From Nostoc punctiforme PCC 73102 (GTDB taxonomy: Bacteria; Cyanobacteriota; Cyanobacteriia; Cyanobacteriales; Nostocaceae): a stretch of DNA of 32,000 nt. The translations under genes were made by a program, and so were the position numbers. Position 1 is the stretch's first letter. Each line of letters begins with the position of its first letter. The stretch lies in contig NC_010628.1 of the NCBI RefSeq assembly GCF_000020025.1, forward strand, positions 3,600,001 to 3,632,000, written 5' to 3'. Positions 14,897 through 24,754 of this stretch are shown here, piece after piece. The notes beneath the pieces are model-generated. The model had not been told where the DNA came from and made no database searches. It saw only the letters and a program-made list of their open reading frames with translations.

Positions 14897-17245
14897 GTGA
14901 TTGATGAGCAAGAAATAGAAAAGCTGTGGCAAGCCTTCAAAGTATTAGATGTAGACGGCAACGGAGCAATCTCAACCGACGAACTGGGGGAAGTAATGCG
15001 ATCGCTAGGACAAAATCCTACGGAAACGGGGTTGCGTGACTTAATCAAAGAGATTGACGTGGATTTGTCAGGCACTATTGACTTTGACGAGTTTAAAACG
15101 CTGATGATCGCTAAGGTAGGCGATCGCGAAAGCCGCCTCAAGTTAGCCTTCAGCGCCTTTGATGAAGACAATAGCGGCCAAATTACTGCCGTCGAGTTGC
15201 GGACGGTAATGAGTCAATTTGGGCTGACAGACGCTGAATTGAAAGAGATGCTACAGGAAGTAGATCATGATGGCGATGGCTCAATTGACTTTGAGGAATT
15301 TTGTCAGCTAGTACTGGAAGAGTCAGAGAGCAAGACAGGCTATAAAGACTCACCAATCTCCCTAGAAAGTTCGCTCAAGACAGTTGCCACTAACAATACA
15401 CCAGTTGCCGACACCACTCAGCCTACTCTACAAGAAGCAACCAGCAACACGACTCCAGAGTTGGCACAGCTAAGAGAACAGTTGGTGCAACACCCAAACT
15501 CACCAAATCAGAAAAGAAGCGGCACCTCCCGCTTACAAATGCAGATTGGTTTGTTTCGGCTAATTCAAGGAGCAGCCTATCGTAGTTTCCGTGAAAGTTT
15601 CTCCGCTAACCATGAGACTCACTTACGTGTCAAAAACCTGCCATACAGAATTACTGACTTTGTGGAATTTGTCAAGCAGGCGATCGCGCTTTACAAAGGA
15701 TTAGGTGTGGTGGAAGAGGCTTGCTACCCCGTACTAGATGCAGTAGTAGAATCGATTGCAGATGAATATGCCCGATTACAGGAGCGCATCAAAGACTGGA
15801 AAACAGTGGCAAAGACTCCCGAAATGTTGGCAGAAGAGAAAAAGATTTTAGAGGCGCGGAGTAAATTTGCCAATGTCAAAGAAAAGTTTGCTGCCGGAGT
15901 CGAGTTTGCAATTACCATCAAAAAGAAAAGTCTCAGCTTGGGTGACATCGTAGAAGGTGTGCTGGCCATTAACGAGCTTAATCGCCTGAGAGGGATAGAA
16001 ATGAATGAAGAAATGGCACCACCACCACCTAAATCTGAGGGAAATCCCAGAGACTATTTATTCAAGTGGAACCGTGTCATCCTCTCGCAGGCAACCGAGG
16101 AAGTGGATGGTGCAATGATGCCAGTAGCATATTGGTATGAAGATTTCATGCCCAAGTTATTAGCAGCATTTAGTGTCTCGACGGCAGCAGATATCCAAAG
16201 CAATACCATACCTGACGAAGCAGCTTTGGATGAGTGGTATGACTTGACAAAAAAATCAGGAGAATTTAACCGTTACGGAGCAGATGTTGCCGAAAACTTT
16301 CTCAATTGCACTGCAAAAGAGAAACTGATCCTCAAACAAGCATGGCGATTAACACATCACTACCTGAATGGAGTGCAGAAACGGCGCGAACGCCTAGAGT
16401 TTGGGCGGGAGTCAGGCGCACTCTCGCAATATGTATCATTCATTGATGTCTATCTAAATCGGACTGAGGTGAAGGATTCCCAAATGCGTGTCAGCTTCCC
16501 GTATTACATCGGCCCAGCAGTGTGGCGCTTCTTCCACACCACGGCTGAAATCGTGTGTACCAAAACTGACATACAGCAAAAAACCCTGATGGCAATCTTC
16601 AAGGACTTCTTCCAACTGTTTGCTACGATGTATCCCTGTCCCTATTGCCGCCACCACCTGAATATGTACGTTGTGCAGAATAAGGAGGTGGATATGTATC
16701 CCGTGGAATACCTTGTCTTGGGACGCGATCCTAACCTTAGAGACTTTGAGGTATCACTGGAGGCAAAATTATCAACCGTAGTCGATGGTTCCTCCCTGCG
16801 TTTATTCTTCTGGAAGTTACATAACACTGTTTCTTCATCCATTGCGCGATCGGAAGAGTGGTATCACAAGGATGAGAAGGCGTTTTACACTACCCGCTTT
16901 TGGCCCAGCCTTGACTCGGAGCTAGCCAGAGCAAATGCCCTCAGATATACCAGCATCGAAACTGCTCGTATTTACAACATTTATGGAATGCTCAAGCCAT
17001 TGGCACGTCTGACAGGAGTAAAAACGGAATTGCCAAAGCTGTTACAAAAAGGTGATGAAAATAGCCTTAAGGAAGCATGTATAGTTGCACAGAACCACAT
17101 CGCGGATTTGGAGGAAGCTGTCATCCGTGGAGAGTTTCTGCAAGAGACATACTATTTTGACCCCGATGTCGTAGATAAAGCTCCACTTTTTACCCCTGAA
17201 GAGGAAGAGTTTGCACGAACTGGTATGTTCATAGAAGCCGCTTAA
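14897..17245 (+). CDS. Calmodulin-like four-EF-hand domain fused to a C-terminal Erv1/ALR-type sulfhydryl-oxidase-like domain
   Basis: 782 aa with a GTG start, the first start codon after an in-frame TAA. Residues 1-145 carry four canonical 12-residue Ca loops ([48 protein letters not shown]) and the calmodulin string [11 protein letters not shown]. An S/T/P/Q-rich linker follows, then a long helical region. At nt ~16500-16860 the reading is [14 protein letters not shown]...[21 protein letters not shown]...[10 protein letters not shown], matching the Erv/ALR pattern W..(L/F)H..A ... F ... YPC..C..H ... W..HN.V, with the CxxC at 16637-16648. Confidence 0.85.
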   Translation: MIDEQEIEKLWQAFKVLDVDGNGAISTDELGEVMRSLGQNPTETGLRDLIKEIDVDLSGTIDFDEFKTLMIAKVGDRESRLKLAFSAFDEDNSGQITAVELRTVMSQFGLTDAELKEMLQEVDHDGDGSIDFEEFCQLVLEESESKTGYKDSPISLESSLKTVATNNTPVADTTQPTLQEATSNTTPELAQLREQLVQHPNSPNQKRSGTSRLQMQIGLFRLIQGAAYRSFRESFSANHETHLRVKNLPYRITDFVEFVKQAIALYKGLGVVEEACYPVLDAVVESIADEYARLQERIKDWKTVAKTPEMLAEEKKILEARSKFANVKEKFAAGVEFAITIKKKSLSLGDIVEGVLAINELNRLRGIEMNEEMAPPPPKSEGNPRDYLFKWNRVILSQATEEVDGAMMPVAYWYEDFMPKLLAAFSVSTAADIQSNTIPDEAALDEWYDLTKKSGEFNRYGADVAENFLNCTAKEKLILKQAWRLTHHYLNGVQKRRERLEFGRESGALSQYVSFIDVYLNRTEVKDSQMRVSFPYYIGPAVWRFFHTTAEIVCTKTDIQQKTLMAIFKDFFQLFATMYPCPYCRHHLNMYVVQNKEVDMYPVEYLVLGRDPNLRDFEVSLEAKLSTVVDGSSLRLFFWKLHNTVSSSIARSEEWYHKDEKAFYTTRFWPSLDSELARANALRYTSIETARIYNIYGMLKPLARLTGVKTELPKLLQKGDENSLKEACIVAQNHIADLEEAVIRGEFLQETYYFDPDVVDKAPLFTPEEEEFARTGMFIEAA

Positions 17246-17292
17246 ACGTCATCCAGTTCAATTAAAATAATTTGCATGACCGATAATTTAAT

Positions 17293-17321
17293 GTATAGAT
17301 GTTGCAATACAACGTCTCTAC
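17293..17321 (+). terminator. Imperfect 12-bp hairpin after the EF-hand/Erv gene (member of a common Nostoc GTAGAGACGTTG-type hairpin family)
   Basis: gtatagatgttg caata caacgtctctac has one G-U pair and one mismatch. There is no clear T tract, so terminator function is uncertain. Confidence 0.3.
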
Positions 17322-17401
17322 AGCTCCCTAAATCTACATCTCTCCCAGAATGATGATTGAGAAGGTACAGAAACCTGGTAGATTTAGCTATCAGCGAGTA
17401 A

Positions 17402-18568
<1,167 letters not shown>

Positions 18569-18578
18569 GTAAACCCCA

Positions 18579-18689
18579 GTAAATCGTGGGTCTAAAATTG
18601 GTCGTCATATCTTAGCACAATATGACGACCAATCAATTATTATTTATCAGGCGCATCATCCAGCTATTAAGCTGTTCTATATTTAAATT
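18579..18689 (+). pseudogene. Short remnant of a DUF4291-family gene
   Basis: One frame reads PVNRGSKIGRHILAQYDDQSIIIYQAHHPAIKLFYI then a stop. GRHILAQYDD.SI.VYQAY.P.I resembles the N-terminus of DUF4291 proteins as I remember them. There is no start codon and only about 35 codons remain. An 11-bp perfect inverted repeat (ggtcgtcatat / atatgacgacc) lies inside it. Confidence 0.35.
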
Positions 18690-18786
18690 GCATAAACTGG
18701 GCGCTTATGTTGCCCACGCCACAAGAGTTATGTTTAATTCGATTATGCGAATTAGATGTTTTATAGCTTACTAAATTTTCCGTTTA

Positions 18787-18807
18787 GCACAGTTATTATA
18801 ACTGTGC
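18787..18807. promoter_or_regulatory. Perfect 21-bp palindrome upstream of sqdX (operator candidate)
   Basis: gcacagttat t ataactgtgc has 10-bp arms and a single central base, too short a loop for an RNA hairpin. It lies about 95 bp upstream of the sqdX ATG. Confidence 0.4.
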
Positions 18808-18901
18808 AAAATTGATTGCAGCACACGAGACAGTTTATTCTGTGTTTAATCGTAAAATGCACCTGAAGCTGAGATTATCTGCCTGTACTGAATAGTTTTT
18901 T

Positions 18902-20032
18902 ATGAGAATTGCCCTATTTACTGAAACCTTTTTACCCAAGGTTGACGGCATTGTAACGCGTCTGCGCCATACTGTTGACCATCTACAGCGTAGTGGTAAT
19001 CAAGTGCTGGTGATTGCCCCTGATGGAGGCATCACTGAACACAAAGGCGCTAAAGTTTACGGCATTACTGGCTTTCCTCTGCCATTGTATCCAGAATTGA
19101 AAATGGCACTTCCTCGCCCAGCCATTGGTTATGCTTTAGAAGAGTTTAAGCCAGAGGTGATTCATGTCGTGAATCCAGCCGTTTTGGGTTTAGCTGGCAT
19201 ATTTTACAGCAAAATCCTCAAAATACCCTTAGTAGCGTCTTACCATACCCATTTACCCCAATATCTTCAACATTACGGCTTGGGGATGCTGGAAGGTTTT
19301 CTTTGGGAACTGCTCAAAGGCGCTCATAATCAAGCAGCTTTGAATCTGTGTACCTCCACAGCAATGGTGGAGGAACTGACAGGACATGGGATTGAACGTG
19401 TAGATTTATGGCAGCGTGGGGTGGATACGGAATTATTTCACCCCGATTTAGCTAATGTAGAGATGCGATCGCGCCTATCCCAAAATCATCCAGAAAGTCC
19501 ATTGCTACTTTACGTTGGGCGGCTTTCTGCTGAAAAAGAAATTGAGCGCATCAAACCAATTTTAGAAGCAATTCCCGAAGCGCGGTTAGCATTGGTTGGA
19601 GATGGCCCACACCGTCAAGCACTGGAAAAACACTTTGCTGGCACAAATACTTATTTTGTTGGATATCTTATGGGACAAGAATTAGGTTCTGCCTTTGCGA
19701 GTGCTGATGCCTTCATATTTCCTTCCCGTACAGAAACACTAGGCTTAGTACTACTAGAAGCGATGGCTGCTGGCTGTCCCGTGGTAGCAGCCCGTTCCGG
19801 GGGAATTCCTGATATTGTGACAGACGGGGTAAATGGATATCTTTTTGAGCCAACAGAAGATGTTAAAGGAGCAATCGCCGCTACTGTTCGCCTCTTAGAA
19901 CAAAAAGAACAACGAGACATCATCCGTCAAAATGCTCGCCAGGAAGCAGAAAGTTGGGGTTGGGCAGCTGCAACCAATCAGCTACAAGATTACTACCAGA
20001 AGATAATATTTTCTGAGCAGTTGGCAAAATAA
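18902..20032 (+). CDS. sqdX: Sulfoquinovosyl diacylglycerol synthase-type glycosyltransferase (GT4)
   Basis: 376 aa. The N-terminus MRIALFTETFLPKVDGIV and the C-terminal segment FPSRTETLGLVLLEAMAAGCPVVAARSGGIPDIV (E-x7-E region) mark a GT4 enzyme. The position directly after sqdB is the conserved cyanobacterial arrangement. Confidence 0.85.
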   Translation: MRIALFTETFLPKVDGIVTRLRHTVDHLQRSGNQVLVIAPDGGITEHKGAKVYGITGFPLPLYPELKMALPRPAIGYALEEFKPEVIHVVNPAVLGLAGIFYSKILKIPLVASYHTHLPQYLQHYGLGMLEGFLWELLKGAHNQAALNLCTSTAMVEELTGHGIERVDLWQRGVDTELFHPDLANVEMRSRLSQNHPESPLLLYVGRLSAEKEIERIKPILEAIPEARLALVGDGPHRQALEKHFAGTNTYFVGYLMGQELGSAFASADAFIFPSRTETLGLVLLEAMAAGCPVVAARSGGIPDIVTDGVNGYLFEPTEDVKGAIAATVRLLEQKEQRDIIRQNARQEAESWGWAAATNQLQDYYQKIIFSEQLAK

Positions 20033-20043
20033 GAGGTAGAGAG

Positions 20044-20104
20044 TGGGGAGATGAGGGAGCAGGGGAAGCAGGGAAAGAAGAATTAATAACCATACCCTAT
20101 GCCC
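20044..20104. repeat. G-rich dispersed repeat (GGGAGCAGGGGAAGCAGGG...GAATTAATAACC...ATGCCC), left copy
   Basis: Aligns by eye in inverted orientation with 22796-22870. It is followed at 20180-20216 by TTTTGAA-type short repeats and ttcggagcgaagcgacg, which is related to the element at 28408-28464. Confidence 0.7.
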
Positions 20105-20216
20105 AAAATCTAAAATCTTAAATTCCCATTACCGAAACAGACTCATAATACAAGCCCATTTCTTTATGGGGATTATTAATTTTGAATTTTGAATTTTTAA
20201 TTCGGAGCGAAGCGAC

Positions 20217-22793
20217 GTGACACTCCCCAATCCTGGCAGCGTCTTGGCTACATTAACTGAACTGACTCAAGTTAATCGTACTCACGCCTTATTACGTCGC
20301 GTAAAAGATTTATCTGTTAATGAATTTGTTTGCCTACTCGACTTCATAACTGCTGAGTTCCAGCAATTTCTTAGAGCTATTGAACTAATCAATAATGAAG
20401 CTCTAGAAACTATGTTAGAGAAGGTACTAGAAGCTATCACACTTAAAATAGGTCAAATCCTGCAAGCAGAACATACAGCTATTTTTTTAGTTGACCATGA
20501 CAAAGGTCAACTATGGTCAAAAGTTCCTCAAGATAATAGTCAAAAATTCTTAGAAATTCGTACTCCTATGACTGTGGGTATCCCCGGTCATGTTGCCAGT
20601 ACAGGTCAATATTTAAATATATCTGAAACTTATACTCATCCTTTATTTAGCCCAGAACTTGAAAAACAAATGGGCTACAAAATCCATAATATTTTATGTA
20701 TGCCTGTTACCAGCAGCAAAAACCAGACTGTTGCGGTAGTTCAACTGGCTAATAAAACCGGGAATGTTCCGTTTAATCATGATGATGAAGAACGTTTTCG
20801 AGACTTTGCCGCTTCTATTGGGATTATTCTGGAAAGCTGCCAATCTTTTTATGTCGCGGCTCGGAATCAACGAGGCGCAACGGCTTTGTTACGCGCAACT
20901 CAGACATTGGGGCAAAGTCTGGATTTAGAAGCAACTTTGCAAATAGTCATGGAACAAGCTCGAATTTTAATGCAAGCAGACCGCAGTACGCTGTTTTTAT
21001 ATCGTAAAGAGATGAGCGAACTCTGGACAAAAGTTGCGGCGGCAGATGGCACAAACTTATTAGAAATCTGTATTCCAGCTAACCGAGGTATTGCTGGCTA
21101 TGTGGCTTCCACTGGTCAAGCCTTAAACATTTCCGATGCCTACAAAGATCCCCGCTTTGACCCAAGTACAGATAGAAAAACTGGTTATGTGACTCGCAAT
21201 ATTCTATGTTTACCAGTATTTAATTCTGCAAATGAATTAATTGGCGTAACCCAATTAATTAATAAGCAGCAAAACAGTTTTACTGCTTCTGATGAAGAGT
21301 TTATGCGGGCTTTTAATATTCAGGCAGGAATTGCCTTAGAAAATGCTCGTCTATTTGAAAATGTATTGTTAGAAAAACAGTATCAAAAAGACATTTTGCA
21401 AAGTCTTTCAGATGCGGTGATTTCTACAGATATGGCAGGTAGAATTGTCACGATTAATGATGCAGCTCTGGAGTTATTGGGTTGCCCTGTAAAAGACACT
21501 AATACCAAAAGTCACAAGCTTTTGTGGGAACAAAATTTGATTGGTCGCTTAGTTTGGGAAGTTGTGCCGATTGAAAATCTCCAAATGCGACTCGAAGATA
21601 GCTTAAAAACTGGAGCTAAACATTATGTGCCAGAGCAAACTTTGATGGTGGGAATTTCTCAAGTTAAGAATGCTGTTAATGGTAGTGGGACGTTTAGCAC
21701 TCAGTACTCAATTTTAGCAATGTGCGATCGCACTAACCCCAATGTGTTCATTCCCTGGAATCTCCCCCTCACAACCGAATCTGAGTTTTTTAGCCCTGAT
21801 GAGGTGCAAACATTAGAACGCAGTACAAATCTCACTGTCAATCCCCTAACTAACCCAGAAGGCGGTGTTCGGGGTGGTTTGGTGGTGTTGGAAGACATCA
21901 GCCAGGAAAAACGGATGAAAACTACCATGTCCCGCTACCTAACGCCTCATGTAGCCGAACAAGTCATGGCTCTGGGAGAAGATGCTTTAATGGTGGGTGA
22001 GCGTAAGGATGTAACCATCTTGTTTTCTGATATCCGAGGCTATACAACACTTACAGAAAATATCGGTGCAGCTGAAGTGTTATCCTTGCTCAATCAGTAT
22101 TTTGAAACGATGGTGGAGGCGGTTTTTAACTACGAAGGCACGCTCGATAAATTTATTGGTGATGCGTTAATGGCAGTATTTGGTGCGCCGCTACCTCTGA
22201 CAGAAAATCATGCTTGGAGAGCTGTGCAGTCAGCGTTAGATATGCGACAACGCTTAGAGGAATTTAACCAACGGCGAATTATCCAGGCACAGCCACAAAT
22301 TCATATTGGCATTGGCATTAGTTCTGGAGAAGTGGTTTCGGGTAATATTGGTTCCCGTAAACGCATGGATTACACCGTAATTGGAGACAGTGTAAACTTG
22401 AGTTCGCGGTTAGAAGCAGTAACTAAAGAATACGGTTGTGATATTATTTTAAGCGAATTTACTTACCAGATGTGCAGCGATCGCATTTGGGTGCGCCAGT
22501 TAGATAAAATCCGAGTCAAAGGGAAACATCAAGCAGTTAATATCTACGAGTTAATTGGCGATCGCAACACCCCTCTAGATGCCAACACCCAAGAGTTTTT
22601 GTATCACTATCATACTGGACGCGCTGCTTATTTATCGCGCAACTTCTCACTAGCGATCGCTTGTTTTAAAGCCGCCAAATACATCCAACCCAAAGACCAA
22701 GGTGTTGATATCCACCTAGAACGTGCGCGTAATTATTTACAAAATCCGCCCCCAGAGTCATGGGATGGTATTTGGACAATGCTTACTAAGTAG
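20217..22793 (+). CDS. cyaB1: Adenylate cyclase with tandem GAF domains, a PAS domain and a class III cyclase catalytic domain (CyaB1 type)
   Basis: 858 aa with a GTG start. There are two GAF domains (...GIPGHVASTGQYLNISETY...LCMPV... and ...GIAGYVASTGQALNISDAY...LCLPV...), then a PAS-like region (QKDILQSLSDAVISTDMAGRIVTINDAA) and the class III cyclase core (VTILFSDIRGYTTL...KFIGDALMAVFGAP...GNIGSRKRMDYTVIGDSVNLSSRLE). Size and architecture match Anabaena CyaB1/CyaB2. I chose the symbol from remembered synteny with the omp85-lpx cluster, so B1 versus B2 is not certain. Confidence 0.85.
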   Translation: MTLPNPGSVLATLTELTQVNRTHALLRRVKDLSVNEFVCLLDFITAEFQQFLRAIELINNEALETMLEKVLEAITLKIGQILQAEHTAIFLVDHDKGQLWSKVPQDNSQKFLEIRTPMTVGIPGHVASTGQYLNISETYTHPLFSPELEKQMGYKIHNILCMPVTSSKNQTVAVVQLANKTGNVPFNHDDEERFRDFAASIGIILESCQSFYVAARNQRGATALLRATQTLGQSLDLEATLQIVMEQARILMQADRSTLFLYRKEMSELWTKVAAADGTNLLEICIPANRGIAGYVASTGQALNISDAYKDPRFDPSTDRKTGYVTRNILCLPVFNSANELIGVTQLINKQQNSFTASDEEFMRAFNIQAGIALENARLFENVLLEKQYQKDILQSLSDAVISTDMAGRIVTINDAALELLGCPVKDTNTKSHKLLWEQNLIGRLVWEVVPIENLQMRLEDSLKTGAKHYVPEQTLMVGISQVKNAVNGSGTFSTQYSILAMCDRTNPNVFIPWNLPLTTESEFFSPDEVQTLERSTNLTVNPLTNPEGGVRGGLVVLEDISQEKRMKTTMSRYLTPHVAEQVMALGEDALMVGERKDVTILFSDIRGYTTLTENIGAAEVLSLLNQYFETMVEAVFNYEGTLDKFIGDALMAVFGAPLPLTENHAWRAVQSALDMRQRLEEFNQRRIIQAQPQIHIGIGISSGEVVSGNIGSRKRMDYTVIGDSVNLSSRLEAVTKEYGCDIILSEFTYQMCSDRIWVRQLDKIRVKGKHQAVNIYELIGDRNTPLDANTQEFLYHYHTGRAAYLSRNFSLAIACFKAAKYIQPKDQGVDIHLERARNYLQNPPPESWDGIWTMLTK

Positions 22794-22795
22794 TC

Positions 22796-22870
22796 ATGGG
22801 GCATTGGGAATTGGGCATGGGTTATTAATTCTTCTCCCCCTGCCTCCCCTGCTCCCTGCCCCCTCGCCTC
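22796..22870. repeat. G-rich dispersed repeat, right copy (inverted relative to 20044-20104)
   Basis: The reverse complement reads ...gcagggagcaggggaggcagggggagaagaattaataacccatgcccaattcccaatgcccc, sharing agggagcagggga-gcaggg---gaagaattaataacc---atgccc with the left copy. Confidence 0.7.
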
Positions 22871-22871
22871 C

Positions 22872-23147
22872 TCAACCTTCAACCTCCCCCTGGTCATCCT
22901 GAAACGGATCTTCACCAATTCGCAGTTCTTTCTTTGAGTGTTTCAACTGTTTCCATAGATCCCTTATTTGTTTGTAAGCTTCACCTGGAGGCAGCTTTCC
23001 ACCTGTTTCTAAGTTGCAAATGTAGCTTACGCGTTGGGCAAATTCCTGTAGATTCGCATTAAAAACCAGGTTTTCTGGCTTTACCTGACCATAGTAGCGA
23101 CCACGAGGGTAAAGAAAATCATCCTTATTCAATATTTTGTTCTCCAT
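22872..23147 (-). CDS. Small conserved hypothetical protein
   Basis: 91-aa ORF with coding-like composition (YPRGRYYGQVKPENLVFNANLQEFAQRVSYICNLETGGKLPPGEAYKQIRDLWKQLK). I recall similar small proteins in other cyanobacteria but cannot name a family. Its stop codon abuts the repeat at 22796-22870. Confidence 0.55.
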   Translation of the reverse strand: MENKILNKDDFLYPRGRYYGQVKPENLVFNANLQEFAQRVSYICNLETGGKLPPGEAYKQIRDLWKQLKHSKKELRIGEDPFQDDQGEVEG

Positions 23148-23840
23148 TTATTAATTCACCTTCTATTCGAATGTTTGAAGCGAAATCCTAGCTACCTTAA
23201 TCTTTACTTTCGTCAGACTGCGGAAAAGCAAATCATCCACTCTTTTTCCAATTGGTCATGCAGGAATTAGTTGATTGAGATAGTTGATTGAGATTTTGAG
23301 ACTAGAGGATAAAGCTTGAAATACTTTTTCTTGTTGTAAATGTTACAGAAAAAATGTTTGCTAAAGTAACTAGATAGAATATTTGATTTTCCTCCCGATC
23401 GTCAATTTATCTCATCTTAATTTATGAAGTTCAAATTGTAATTAACTTCAGTCCAAACCCTGAATTAAAAACTCTTAAAAAATACAAGTATATCTTACCA
23501 AATAATTTTGGCAAAAATAGTTACATTTGAGACAGCAATAATACTGAGTTAAACATACTATAAACCAGAGTAACTCGTCCTCTATTAAAAGTTAGAGATT
23601 CAGTTGTTAATATTTAGCAACTGACTAACGGAGGGCATTGAGTATTGAAAAGAGTCAGAGGGATGCGTTGCTGCTCTTACTGAGGGGAAAATTCTTCTCC
23701 CTCATACTTTCCTGCTAAATTCTCCGCGTCCTTGCATCCTCTTCAAAAATCACCGATGGCTAATAGTTAATAACTAAAGATAAAATGGTTAAGCCCGAAA
23801 GGACAAAAATCGTCCATAGCCTAGAACTTTAACTGCCACC

Positions 23841-24578
23841 ATGTCTGTGAATTCCAAGTTATACGAAGGCAAAGCAAAAATTCTCTATACAACGGACGAT
23901 CCGGAAGTCTTGTTGGCTGATTTTAAGGACGATGCCACGGCGTTTAACGCCCAAAAACGTGGCAGTATCCAAGGAAAAGGAAAAATAAATTGTAGCATTT
24001 CCAGTCAGCTTTTTAAACAGTTAGAGGCTTATGGTATAAAGACTCACTTTATCGACAGCCCTACCCCGAATCAGATGCTGGTGAAGGCAGTAAAAATTTT
24101 ACCCTTAGAAGTAGTGATCAGAAATATTGCAGCTGGCAGTCTGTGTCAACAAACAGGCTTGCCAGTGGGTACAATTCTGAAACAGCCTTTGGTTGAGTTT
24201 TATTACAAAAACGATCACTTAGGAGATCCTTTGCTCACACGCGATCGCCTTTACCTGCTAGAACTAGCTACTGCGGAACAAGTAGATGCAATTACACATC
24301 TTGCATTGCAAATCAATGAATTTCTCAATAAATTTTGGCAGCAATGCGGCATTACCCTAGTAGACTTCAAGCTAGAGTTTGGTTTGGACTCACAACAGCA
24401 GTTGCTCTTGGCAGACGAAATTAGCCCCGACACTTGCCGTTTGTGGGATACCACAGAAGAGGACTCAAATCGCCGGATAATGGACAAAGACCGCTTTCGC
24501 CGGGACTTAGGAAATGTAGAGGATGCTTACCAGGAGGTTTTACAAAGAGTGCTAAAAGCAGTAGAAACTACAAATTAA
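23841..24578 (+). CDS. purC: Phosphoribosylaminoimidazole-succinocarboxamide synthase (SAICAR synthetase)
   Basis: 245 aa. LYEGKAKILYTTDDPEVLLADFKDDATAFNAQKRG, VVIRNIAAGSL, LVDFKLEFG and ADEISPDTCRLWD are classic PurC motifs. Confidence 0.95.
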   Translation: MSVNSKLYEGKAKILYTTDDPEVLLADFKDDATAFNAQKRGSIQGKGKINCSISSQLFKQLEAYGIKTHFIDSPTPNQMLVKAVKILPLEVVIRNIAAGSLCQQTGLPVGTILKQPLVEFYYKNDHLGDPLLTRDRLYLLELATAEQVDAITHLALQINEFLNKFWQQCGITLVDFKLEFGLDSQQQLLLADEISPDTCRLWDTTEEDSNRRIMDKDRFRRDLGNVEDAYQEVLQRVLKAVETTN

Positions 24579-24617
24579 ACAGGTAAAAACCAAAAGGTCA
24601 GAAGGAATTATATTTTA

Positions 24618-24640
24618 CTTTTGCCTTTTGCCTTTTGCCT
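24618..24640. repeat. STRR heptamer tandem repeat (CTTTTGC x3)
   Basis: cttttgccttttgccttttgcc lies directly after purC. The motif aattatatttt recurs at about 24606 and 24668. Confidence 0.85.
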
Positions 24641-24754
24641 TGTAAAGTAAAAAAGCAAAAGAAAAAAATTATATTTTGAATTTTACCTTTGGCATAAGGG
24701 CATTATTGCCTTGTGATGGTGTGTGTGTGGTCGTGAAGAGGAATCATAAGTAAA

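Noticed and set aside
14446-15171. ORFs 14446-14652 (-) and 14866-15171 (-)
   Set aside because: The first is antisense to the TIR pseudogene frame, which explains the region better. The second is antisense to the EF-hand coding region.
20033-22870. The idea that the cyclase gene plus its flanking inverted repeats is an active composite transposon
   Set aside because: There is no transposase, the repeats are short (~60 bp) and imperfect, and I could see no target-site duplication. I kept it only as a low-interest structural observation.
22733-22918. 61-aa minus-strand ORF spanning the cyclase stop and the G-rich repeat
   Set aside because: Its sequence (GQGAGEAGGEE...) is a translation of the dispersed G-rich repeat, and it overlaps two better-supported genes.
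23148-23840. Known riboswitch classes (ZTP/pfl, purine, glutamine) upstream of purC
   Set aside because: I scanned by eye for their conserved cores (for example CCGGGCGGA...CCGCCUGGGCA for ZTP) and found none. Only generic hairpins are present.
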